In this document: one piece after another, positions 1 through 7,696 of the stretch
Layout of the letters: each line of letters opens with the position of its first letter
Numbering within the stretch: the stretch's first letter is position 1
DNA from: a virus
IMG/VR virus record: IMGVR_UViG_3300037245_001077
Coordinates: 1 to 64,000 of that record
DNA: 64,000 bases
Direction: 5' to 3' (one strand)
The notes under the pieces: generated by a model
Seen by the model: only the letters and a program-made list of their open reading frames with translations
Database searches by the model: none
What the model was told of the DNA's origin: nothing
Made by a program: the position numbers and the translations under genes

Positions 1-175
1 TGATTATTGTCAGACATCCCTGAACGAGGGCATAGATGTTACGACTGAGGAGTTTGAACGGGAGATGGAAGACGCCATTAATCCAATAGACCCTGATAAC
101 CCGGACACCGTGATGTACTACCACTATGGTGTTGGGGATGGACCTCGACGAAAGGATGGGAGCCTCAGTGGGTAA
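1..175 (+). CDS. 3' end of a hypothetical protein (partial, frame 2)
   Basis: Frame 2 is open from base 2 (DYCQTSLNEG...KDGSLSG) to TAA at 173-175 and overlaps the helicase start. Confidence 0.6.
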   Translation, partial: DYCQTSLNEGIDVTTEEFEREMEDAINPIDPDNPDTVMYYHYGVGDGPRRKDGSLSG

Positions 176-1556
176 TAACCTACAAACCTTCACCCCAGAG
201 TTCAAGCGAGATTGTCTTGCTTTTTTACTTAAAGATCAAGTAGCGGCCAAAGCGCTTATATCGGACATGCCTTCCGATCTATTTGATTACGATCCGGAAT
301 TTAATATTATATTCGTGGGGTTGCAGGAATTTTTCAATAAATACAACTGCCGACCAAGAAGACATGAACTCGTTGACTACATCAACGATGTCTGTAATGA
401 TGAGGGGTACGATACCGCTCGACGTAAGGCTATCCTCGCAGCTTTGAATGAGGTGTGGGACTGGGACCAGTATAGCCCTCCTTACGTCAAGGACAAGCTC
501 TACCCTTCGGTTACTGCTCACAACATACTCAAGGTGGCTAGGCAGATCGAGGAGTACGTAGACGAGGGTGACTTTGACGGGTTGGTTGAGGCTATGTCCG
601 CTGCCCGTTCGACAGGGACAGAAGAGCCTGAGCTTACTGAATACTGGACGGACACTGACGAGCGTATCAAACGGAGAGGTGTACGAACTGTACAAAACGT
701 ACCAACTGGGTTTCCTGTGCTGGATGGCTTCATCAATGGGGGGTTGCCTCGGGGGTCTCTTGCAATGATCCAGGGGCATTCGGGCTTAGGCAAGTCTGCG
801 TTGATGACACAGATAGCTCGGAAAGCATCCCTGGCTGGTTATACTACTGCGTACCTTTCTCTTGAATTAGACTCTGATGCTGTTATGGACAGGTATGATG
901 CAGCCCTGTCAAATATTGCTCTCCAAAATCTTGTGCATAAAGGCCCGGAAGTTAGGAGAGGAGTGAAAGAAGCATACGTTTCGGCAGGGGTTACTCCTGC
1001 TCGGTTGTATGTACAGTACTACCCCACTAAGAGTATCTCTCTTACTCAGGTCTCTGACTATGTTGACCGTTTGAGGGAGGAGAAGGGTGTGACCTTGGAC
1101 CTTCTCGTGGTGGACTACTTCGATCTCCTCAAGATGGAAGGTAACTACACCAAGAAGTATGAAGCTCTGGAGGAGAACTGTGAGATGATGCGAGGGTTAG
1201 CGGGGAAGTACAGCATGGCCCTGTGGACAGCCACGCAGACCAATCGAGGAGGAGTGAGCAAGGAGACGGTGGGAATGGATGATATTGCCAGTGGTTTCGG
1301 CAAGGTATTCCCTCTGGATCTCTTGGTGACCATGTCCCAGACGGAGAAGGAGAAGAAGAACCCGGCATCGGAGGTTCTTCGTCTTACCCTTGCTAAGTCC
1401 AGGCTTGGTCCCTCTAATGAGACAATATACATCGTACCCAACTTCGCAAAGATGCAGTTCAAAGATTATGACGAGAGGGAAGCTGGCCGTAAGAACCTTA
1501 TTGTTAAGGGTATCAAAAAGAAGCAGCCGAAGAAGCTCGGGAGCTTTGGTCCATAA
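168..1556 (+). CDS. dnaB: DnaB-like (SF4) replicative helicase
   Basis: PTGF..LD...GG, Walker A GHSGLGKS, YLSLEL, Walker B LLVVDYFD, TATQTNR, KSRLG. The ORF is open from 126; the GTG at 168 has a GGAG RBS. Confidence 0.93.
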   Translation: MGNNLQTFTPEFKRDCLAFLLKDQVAAKALISDMPSDLFDYDPEFNIIFVGLQEFFNKYNCRPRRHELVDYINDVCNDEGYDTARRKAILAALNEVWDWDQYSPPYVKDKLYPSVTAHNILKVARQIEEYVDEGDFDGLVEAMSAARSTGTEEPELTEYWTDTDERIKRRGVRTVQNVPTGFPVLDGFINGGLPRGSLAMIQGHSGLGKSALMTQIARKASLAGYTTAYLSLELDSDAVMDRYDAALSNIALQNLVHKGPEVRRGVKEAYVSAGVTPARLYVQYYPTKSISLTQVSDYVDRLREEKGVTLDLLVVDYFDLLKMEGNYTKKYEALEENCEMMRGLAGKYSMALWTATQTNRGGVSKETVGMDDIASGFGKVFPLDLLVTMSQTEKEKKNPASEVLRLTLAKSRLGPSNETIYIVPNFAKMQFKDYDEREAGRKNLIVKGIKKKQPKKLGSFGP

Positions 1557-2587
1557 TGGCACGGGCCACTTCTGCAAAGCAGCTTGGACGGCTCTTAGAC
1601 CGCGTTTGGCCTAAGCATGAGGTAGTCAAGCAGGGAGAGGAGCACATGGTGTCCTGCCCCTTCTGCGCGTCTACCAAGCACAAGCTAGCCATTAACCCTA
1701 ACAAGGGCGTGTTCCAATGCTGGGTGTGTGGGGAACGTGGGCCTACAGCCAAGCTCCTTGAGCATCTCTACAAGCTGAACATCATCAAGCAGTCGGACAT
1801 AGAGGCTGTTGTTTACGGGAGAGGTGGGGCGACTAAGCTCAGTTCAGAGATAGCAGCCTACGCTGCACCAGAGCCTCCCAAGGAAGTTCAATATTGGAGT
1901 GAGACAATACCTTGTGTCTACCCGAAGGGAGTTATCTCTTTCTCCTCAAATACTGGGCTGGGCAAAATGGAAGTGAAGGTTCGAGATATTACGCTCAAGT
2001 ATCTACATGGCAGAGGACTATTAATGGATGATATCATCCGTTATAACCTATCATATTGCACTAAGTTCGGCTCTCCATATCATGGGCATGTTTTTTTTCC
2101 GGCCCTCGGAAGATATGGTAGAGAGATGGTGTTCTGGACAACACGAGCTACTTTCCCTGGAAGTGAGCCAAAAAGTCTACACGCAGGGAAGAAGTATTCC
2201 CGGTTTAGTGCAAAACAAATTCTTTTCAATGAACATTTGGTTGTAGATACAACTGTAGCTGTGTGTGAGGGGCCATTTGACGCTCACTCGATTTTAGCGT
2301 ATACGGCAATTCCAGCTTGTCCGCTCTTAGGTAAGATCATGCACCAATACCATCTTGACCGTTTGAGTGAAAAAGGCATAAAAGTGGTATATCTTTGCCT
2401 TGACCCAGATGCGGTTAATTTCCAAGAGAAGCTGGCATGGAGGTTTGAGCGTAAGGGGGTAAAGGTGTTGCACGTGAAACTTGAGGATGGAGACCCGAAC
2501 GATATATCTCCAGAGAAACTGAAAGCCGCCTTCGATGAGGCGGCTTCCGAGATAATCAACCCTTTGAAGTTGGTGCGAAAACTTTAA
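1556..2587 (+). CDS. DNA primase (Zn ribbon + TOPRIM)
   Basis: CPFC...CWVC zinc finger, TOPRIM motifs VCEGPFDA and LCLDPDA; translationally coupled to the helicase. Confidence 0.9.
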   Translation: MARATSAKQLGRLLDRVWPKHEVVKQGEEHMVSCPFCASTKHKLAINPNKGVFQCWVCGERGPTAKLLEHLYKLNIIKQSDIEAVVYGRGGATKLSSEIAAYAAPEPPKEVQYWSETIPCVYPKGVISFSSNTGLGKMEVKVRDITLKYLHGRGLLMDDIIRYNLSYCTKFGSPYHGHVFFPALGRYGREMVFWTTRATFPGSEPKSLHAGKKYSRFSAKQILFNEHLVVDTTVAVCEGPFDAHSILAYTAIPACPLLGKIMHQYHLDRLSEKGIKVVYLCLDPDAVNFQEKLAWRFERKGVKVLHVKLEDGDPNDISPEKLKAAFDEAASEIINPLKLVRKL

Positions 2588-4728
2588 TACATTACAGTGC
2601 CACTTTTGGGCTTCAGGCTGGCTATGATGCCGGGTTTCCGGCCCCGCTCTAATTTCTTTAGTCGTTTGTTGAGCAAACCGGCTGTGTGTGAGTCATAGGG
2701 GCTGTGGATTTCACCAAGTCTGTACTGAGCGAGATTGAAGGTGTTTTCTGTACCTTCATCATAATCATAGAGGTTGTGACGACGCTCTAGTTCCACAGCT
2801 ACGATCTGTGCAGTGGATTTTCCACTGATCTTCTTTTTGGAATTTTGCCCGTACTTCTCATCCCCACCATACCGGGTAGCTTTACGCTGAACTCGGGACA
2901 ACTTTCTCTCAAGCCCACGACGTTGACGACGAGCAAATACGTCAGAGGTGGCCTGTGCCCTTGAAGCCTTTACACGCTGTTTCTGAGCCTTCTTTTGCCA
3001 TTTTTCGGGGGAGGTAAAGAGCAGTCCTTCACCAAGGCGGAGAAGTTTCTTTTCCTGTTTTATAGTACGGAACTGTTTCGTGTGTCCTTTGGCTCTAAGC
3101 CGAGTGTCTGCTCTTTGGGCTTCTCTTTTGTGCCCTTTTTCCATGTATGAGGAAAGTTTCCCACGAGTTTTACCTAACCATTTTCCGGGTCGGGTTTGGG
3201 CTGTTTTTGTTTCTTTCTTAAACTGCTTAGACCACTCGCCCCACTGCTTGCTTTTGATTTCATGCCTAGCAGCTCTTCCTGCAAGGGTTCCTTCTTTCAT
3301 TTCAGGAAGACGGTTGATTTTTCTTTGAAGTCTTGCACCCCTAACTTGGAGACGTTTACGGGTGTAGCTATGCCCAGCAGAACGGACAGCCCCAGAAATT
3401 TTGGCACGAGCTTCAAAGTCTTGAGCTTTATGGGTATGCTTTGCAGACTTTTTCGAATAGATCTTTCGGTTGATCTTATTACGTTTGATAAGGCGACGAG
3501 CAGCCAAACCACCAACAGCACCAACACCGATTGCTGTGGTAGCAAGAATTTCGTTAACCTCGGGTTGATTTTTCTTCTTTGTCATTTTTTCCATACCGGG
3601 GGCTATTATCTTATTGATAATACTTCGGCCTGCTTTTTTGGAAAATTTACCCATAGGTCTAACATGCCCAAACTCAACAGCATAAGCTAATCCAGGAGAT
3701 ACTTCGTCCACCCCTTCTCTACGAATAGACTTGGTTACTGCTCTGGAAATAGGCTTAGCAATCTTGTTTTTTACAAATTTTGCTTGTGGGGCAAGCACAG
3801 AAGCTACAACCCCTATTACTTCATCTAGGTAGTGTTTTTCGAAGATATTATCTGCCACAGCTATCACACCAGCAGAAACGTTGGTCCGCTGACGGGTAGG
3901 TTGACGAGCGGACATAGCCGGTGGTGTTCTCATCTCAGTTCTCCTTATAGCCATTTGTGCGTTAGATTTGGTATGTGCTGGGCCTGCACCCCGAGTGGGT
4001 ATACCTCTAGCTGCTGCACTGTTTTGATCTTGAGCAGCTCTTATTGTATTTACGTTTGAATAGGGGCTATCGGTAGCTCCCATAGCTTTGTCTATAGCCG
4101 TTTTACCTGGATTGCTGATAGCATGGGAGCCTACGTCTACAGCACTACGGACAATGGTTTCCCCACCAATAGTTTTGGCTACTCTTTTAGCCCCAGCTCT
4201 AAAGGGTTTGGTACGAGCATAGCGGATGTTCTTGATATGTTGGGCACGTCTAGCTACTTTAACGTTATGGGCTTTACCTGCTACGAATCTACCAGCTTTT
4301 CCGCCTTTAACTTTACCAGTTAGTTTAGTAATCCCCATTTTTTTAGCTATTTTGGACATTCTTCCGGTGCCTGCTACAGCGGCTTTAGTGGCTACTTTGG
4401 CACCGGGTTTTAGGAGTGCTTTACCAATAGCCATAACATACTCATCAAGACGCTTTTCGTTAGTTCCTGCACCACCCGTTTGGAAGTGTTCTTGGGACTT
4501 TAAGGCTGCTCTCCGTTCTTGACGGGCTAAAAATTTCGTATCCATTTTGTTTCTAACCTTCTCAACTTGGTTTCCTCGGTACTGATCAACAACCATACCG
4601 GCAGCCATTCTAGATCCAGCACTTGTGTAAGCCTTTGTACGCTCTCCAGGTTTTAGTTTTGCTAGTCCTTTGGAGATTCTTTTGGCTATTCTCACCTTTG
4701 GTTTGACGCGATAGATGCCGAGTCCCAT
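2584..4728 (-). CDS. very basic K/R-rich protein, candidate virion internal polyprotein
   Basis: 714-aa ORF with an AGGAG RBS upstream on the minus strand. Basic segments are separated by LDE/VDE/VNE/MKE/LGE motifs. The function is inferred. Confidence 0.75.
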   Translation of the reverse strand: MGLGIYRVKPKVRIAKRISKGLAKLKPGERTKAYTSAGSRMAAGMVVDQYRGNQVEKVRNKMDTKFLARQERRAALKSQEHFQTGGAGTNEKRLDEYVMAIGKALLKPGAKVATKAAVAGTGRMSKIAKKMGITKLTGKVKGGKAGRFVAGKAHNVKVARRAQHIKNIRYARTKPFRAGAKRVAKTIGGETIVRSAVDVGSHAISNPGKTAIDKAMGATDSPYSNVNTIRAAQDQNSAAARGIPTRGAGPAHTKSNAQMAIRRTEMRTPPAMSARQPTRQRTNVSAGVIAVADNIFEKHYLDEVIGVVASVLAPQAKFVKNKIAKPISRAVTKSIRREGVDEVSPGLAYAVEFGHVRPMGKFSKKAGRSIINKIIAPGMEKMTKKKNQPEVNEILATTAIGVGAVGGLAARRLIKRNKINRKIYSKKSAKHTHKAQDFEARAKISGAVRSAGHSYTRKRLQVRGARLQRKINRLPEMKEGTLAGRAARHEIKSKQWGEWSKQFKKETKTAQTRPGKWLGKTRGKLSSYMEKGHKREAQRADTRLRAKGHTKQFRTIKQEKKLLRLGEGLLFTSPEKWQKKAQKQRVKASRAQATSDVFARRQRRGLERKLSRVQRKATRYGGDEKYGQNSKKKISGKSTAQIVAVELERRHNLYDYDEGTENTFNLAQYRLGEIHSPYDSHTAGLLNKRLKKLERGRKPGIIASLKPKSGTVMY

Positions 4729-4821
4729 ACGTAATACTCCTATACAAGGTAATAAAGCGTTATTTTGGAGTTTTCCCTGAACGGCTTATGGGAAGAGTAA
4801 TTTGCACCATCCCACGAGGCT

Positions 4822-4943
4822 TTCTGGGACTCCCAGAACCCTTTAAAGGACTCCCAAAACCCTTAAATACGTCGTTTCTGGGAAAATAGGATCCCCATAC
4901 TTAGGAATTTCCTAAGGACGTTCCTAGGCGTTTCAGGGGTTTT
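4822..4943. repeat. cluster of palindromes and direct repeats in a divergent intergenic region
   Basis: TTCTGGGA-c-TCCCAGAA (4822-4838); CTTAGGAA-t-TTCCTAAG (4900-4916); near-tandem GGACTCCCARAACCCTT(T)AAA (4827-4847, 4848-4867). Confidence 0.75.
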
Positions 4944-5035
4944 GATCTGATATGATCTAGTTGAATCCCATTCTCAACAAAGTATTGGAAAAATCGGTTT
5001 GTAAAGTACTGAAAACAAAGGATTTAAGAAGGGGG

Positions 5036-5064
5036 TTGAGATTTTAGGCCGCAAAGTCTAAGAT
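5036..5064 (+). promoter_or_regulatory. sigma70-type promoter for the early gene array
   Basis: TTGAGA-17 nt-TAAGAT, preceded by an A/T-rich tract. Confidence 0.55.
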
Positions 5065-5258
5065 ACTCATAGGCCGAAGGTGTGCCCACGCAGCGCACCC
5101 GCGCTACCCGCACATCACGCGCCCTCTCTCCTATCTACTTAAATAATCAAAATGGCGAGGCGACCTCTCTTCCAAAGACACGGGAATTCACTCGTGATTT
5201 TTGGCTGGAGGTGCGTCCGCGTAACCGGGTACAGCAGTACCCAGAAAGGCTCAGTGTC

Positions 5259-5639
5259 ATGAGCAAGGCCCAAGTTTCGAAAACGTCCCCCGAGGTGTTC
5301 AACCTGATAGCGTTAGTGACCCTCCTGGTCACCTCGTTCGACGGTTACGTCTCCCGCAAAATCACCGCGTGGATCCCGATAGAGCTGCTTCTGCTTGACA
5401 ACATGCGAGCCGAGGTGGACGCGGGTTCCAAACGGGCGTGGATGCTCTCCCCGGTGAAGGCCAAGGCGTTGTACGACGCTCTCACGGTCTTCGAGGGCGA
5501 GGCAGTCTACGGTTCGGGAGCGTGGCTTGCTACCAAGTCCGCTCGTCGGGCAATGAACGCGATGCACGCCTATAAGGTCAAGGCTGGGGCCTCCGCCCAG
5601 TACGAGCTTCGCGTGGTCTCGAAGCTGGTGACCTCGTAA
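5259..5639 (+). CDS. hypothetical early protein
   Basis: AGAAAGG RBS before the ATG at 5259 (MSKAQV) and GC3-rich codons. The upstream part of ORF 5082 looks like an untranslated structured leader. Confidence 0.7.
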   Translation: MSKAQVSKTSPEVFNLIALVTLLVTSFDGYVSRKITAWIPIELLLLDNMRAEVDAGSKRAWMLSPVKAKALYDALTVFEGEAVYGSGAWLATKSARRAMNAMHAYKVKAGASAQYELRVVSKLVTS

Positions 5640-5646
5640 CCGGCTG

Positions 5647-5705
5647 GAACCCCACTTCGGTGGGGTTCTCTAGAGCGCCTCCAACCGGGGACGTTCTAGA
5701 GAACC
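5647..5705 (+). promoter_or_regulatory. two overlapping intergenic hairpins
   Basis: GAACCCCAC-ttcg-GTGGGGTTC (5647-5668) and GGTTCTCTAGAGCG...CGTTCTAGAGAACC (5664-5705) share 5 nt; no U-tract follows. Confidence 0.7.
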
Positions 5706-5724
5706 TACCCAGAAAGGAGCGCCT

Positions 5725-5817
5725 ATGAAATGCCCCTTGGTTAGGGTGTCGGGAGCACTGAGATGGAGGGCCGAGAAGCTCACCTCAGACTACCACTCCA
5801 CACTAGTCGCGGGGTAA
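5725..5817 (+). CDS. 30-aa mini-ORF MKCPLVRVSGALRWRAEKLTSDYHSTLVAG
   Basis: Strong AGAAAGGAG RBS; below the ORF-track cutoff. Confidence 0.45.
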   Translation: MKCPLVRVSGALRWRAEKLTSDYHSTLVAG

Positions 5818-5866
5818 GGCACGTCCAGATATCGAAAAACGTTCTAACCAGAAAGGAGTCAGTGCA

Positions 5867-6166
5867 ATGGCTACAGTTGATCTGTTCAAGGTGGCGAAGA
5901 TTGACAAGGACGGTGACTGCATCGGTTGCGGTGGTGGAGGTGCTCACATTGACCCTGCCTGTGATGTGTGCAGTACCTTCGATGTTAACAACCTCACCCT
6001 CGGTGACTACACGTTCGACGTGTTTCTCATTCCGGACGGTGGCGGTATTGGTTTCACCGTTTACGAGAAAGGTGAGACCCGTGACAACGACGAGGCCCGT
6101 TGCGTGGACATCATCGTGAAGCCGTCGCCTGATCCCGTCTCTGCCTTCGACGTTACTGTTGCCTAG
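5867..6166 (+). CDS. small Cys-containing hypothetical protein
   Basis: AGAAAGGAG RBS; CIGC...CDVC. Confidence 0.75.
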   Translation: MATVDLFKVAKIDKDGDCIGCGGGGAHIDPACDVCSTFDVNNLTLGDYTFDVFLIPDGGGIGFTVYEKGETRDNDEARCVDIIVKPSPDPVSAFDVTVA

Positions 6167-6209
6167 TGCCACCTTCAAGCCCTCCTGCGGGAGGGCTTCA
6201 TAGGTGTCA
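6163..6209 (+). repeat. intergenic hairpin repeat, copy 1
   Basis: GCCACCTTCAAGCCCTCCTGCGGGAGGGCTTCATAGGTGTCA (6168-6209) is identical to 6980-7021; core stem AAGCCCTCC-tgcg-GGAGGGCTT. Confidence 0.9.
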
Positions 6210-6245
6210 TTCGCTTCGACTACCAACTCTGCGAAAGGAGTACGT

Positions 6246-6695
6246 ATGGGTGTACGAGTGTATGTTCACTTCGCTGACGCGCTTGATCTCGCGTCTATCT
6301 TCAACGCTTCGGAGGAGGATCTCGCCGTGGCAAAGGTACTCATCGAGGGGTACGAAAAGGTGAGACAGATTTCCCCGGACGGGAAAGCCAGGGACTTCTA
6401 CTGTGCGTGGGAGTCCGTCAACACGGTGGGTACGCTGACCGAGGTTATCTACAATAGTGACCTCTTCAAGCACGACCCGTCGTGTAATCACTACTGCCTC
6501 GAATTGGGTCGATTCTACCAGCCCCGCGACCTCGTTGAGAAGTACGGGGACGACAACTGCGGCTGGATCGACAGCAATTACATCACCGACTGCAAGCGGG
6601 TGATCCGCACGCAGATAGACGGGTTCGAGCAGCTCCAAGAGATCCTCAATCTGGAGAAGCTCTTCGCCTGCATGATCGCTGTGTCGTGGTCCTGA
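6246..6695 (+). CDS. hypothetical early protein
   Basis: GAAAGGAG RBS before the ATG at 6246; GC3-rich. Confidence 0.75.
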   Translation: MGVRVYVHFADALDLASIFNASEEDLAVAKVLIEGYEKVRQISPDGKARDFYCAWESVNTVGTLTEVIYNSDLFKHDPSCNHYCLELGRFYQPRDLVEKYGDDNCGWIDSNYITDCKRVIRTQIDGFEQLQEILNLEKLFACMIAVSWS

Positions 6696-6729
6696 TTATC
6701 AACGTTCGACTTCGTACTTGGAGGTACAT

Positions 6730-6978
6730 ATGCAGAACAAAATCTACAGGTTGACCCGCGTCCAGGCCGAGAGGCTCTGGCTCAAGGAGCATAAGCTCCG
6801 GGGTGAGACCGTCATCCCGAATATGCTCCAGCGGGTCACGGACAGCGGTGGGGAGTACCTGCTCTCCACGGGGGCGAAGCTCTACCGGCTCATCAGCGGT
6901 GGCCCCAAGCCGTTCGCCGTGGCCGGTTACGCCTACGACGACTCCGACGCCACGAAGGTGCTGGTCGGCATCATCTAG
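6730..6978 (+). CDS. hypothetical protein, paralog of 7065-7292
   Basis: GGAGG RBS; NKIYRLTRVQA...HKLRG versus NKIRLTRLEA...HRVRG. Confidence 0.75.
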   Translation: MQNKIYRLTRVQAERLWLKEHKLRGETVIPNMLQRVTDSGGEYLLSTGAKLYRLISGGPKPFAVAGYAYDDSDATKVLVGII

Positions 6979-7024
6979 CGCCACCTTCAAGCCCTCCTGC
7001 GGGAGGGCTTCATAGGTGTCACTA
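6975..7024 (+). repeat. intergenic hairpin repeat, copy 2
   Basis: 42-nt identity with 6168-6209; flanked by CTAG on both sides, which extends the stem. Confidence 0.9.
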
Positions 7025-7064
7025 GGCCCGATTGTCACTTCCCACTTCGTATAAGGAGTCCCGT

Positions 7065-7292
7065 ATGTACAGAGATGAGAACAAGATTCGCCTCACCCGT
7101 CTCGAAGCGCAGAAGGTCTTCACCGACGACCACCGCGTTCGAGGAGCCATTATCAGCGAGCCGCTGGCTATCGAGCCGGATAACAAGCCCGGTAAGGGTT
7201 ATTACCTCAATGGTAATAACGTCAAGCTCGTCCGGATGCCGAGAAGCGCCTCCCATCCCAAGCACCCCTACGCACTCGTTACCGCTCGGTAG
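7065..7292 (+). CDS. hypothetical protein, paralog of 6730-6978
   Basis: AAGGAG RBS; shared N-terminal motif. Confidence 0.75.
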   Translation: MYRDENKIRLTRLEAQKVFTDDHRVRGAIISEPLAIEPDNKPGKGYYLNGNNVKLVRMPRSASHPKHPYALVTAR

Positions 7293-7298
7293 GGAACC

Positions 7299-7607
7299 GT
7301 GAAAATCATCGCTCAGTTCGAGGACAGCTTGGGGAAACTGACAGTTCCCCAATTCTATGAAGAGCTTCGCAGAAAGGTGGTGACCCCTGATAACTTCGTT
7401 TGCACAATTCCGATCAAGGACTATCTGCGGGGGGATACCATGGACAGGTACTCCCACGAGAACCGAGGCACGCGAATCACCCTGTTTATTTACCCAAATA
7501 GGGAGGAGCTTAAGATCGAGCGAGGCGGTACCTCCATGTGGATCGTCAACAACATGATCAATTACACGCTCGTGTTTCCCGTCAGCAAGAACTTTGCTGT
7601 TTGCTGA
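7299..7607 (+). CDS. hypothetical protein
   Basis: ORF in a tightly packed co-directional array. Confidence 0.65.
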   Translation: MKIIAQFEDSLGKLTVPQFYEELRRKVVTPDNFVCTIPIKDYLRGDTMDRYSHENRGTRITLFIYPNREELKIERGGTSMWIVNNMINYTLVFPVSKNFAVC

Positions 7608-7696
7608 CTGACCGACGCCTCCGTTTATCAACGTGAAACCAACGTGTATCTTGGTAACCTAAGGGCATAACCTCAGGACATAAAAAGGAGACAATA

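Noticed and set aside
5808-5823. tRNA-like start CGCGGGGT
   Set aside because: No D-arm, T-arm (GTTCRA) or acceptor pairing follows
6163-7024. CRISPR mini-array
   Set aside because: There are only two copies, about 810 bp apart and separated by whole genes, and no cas genes are present
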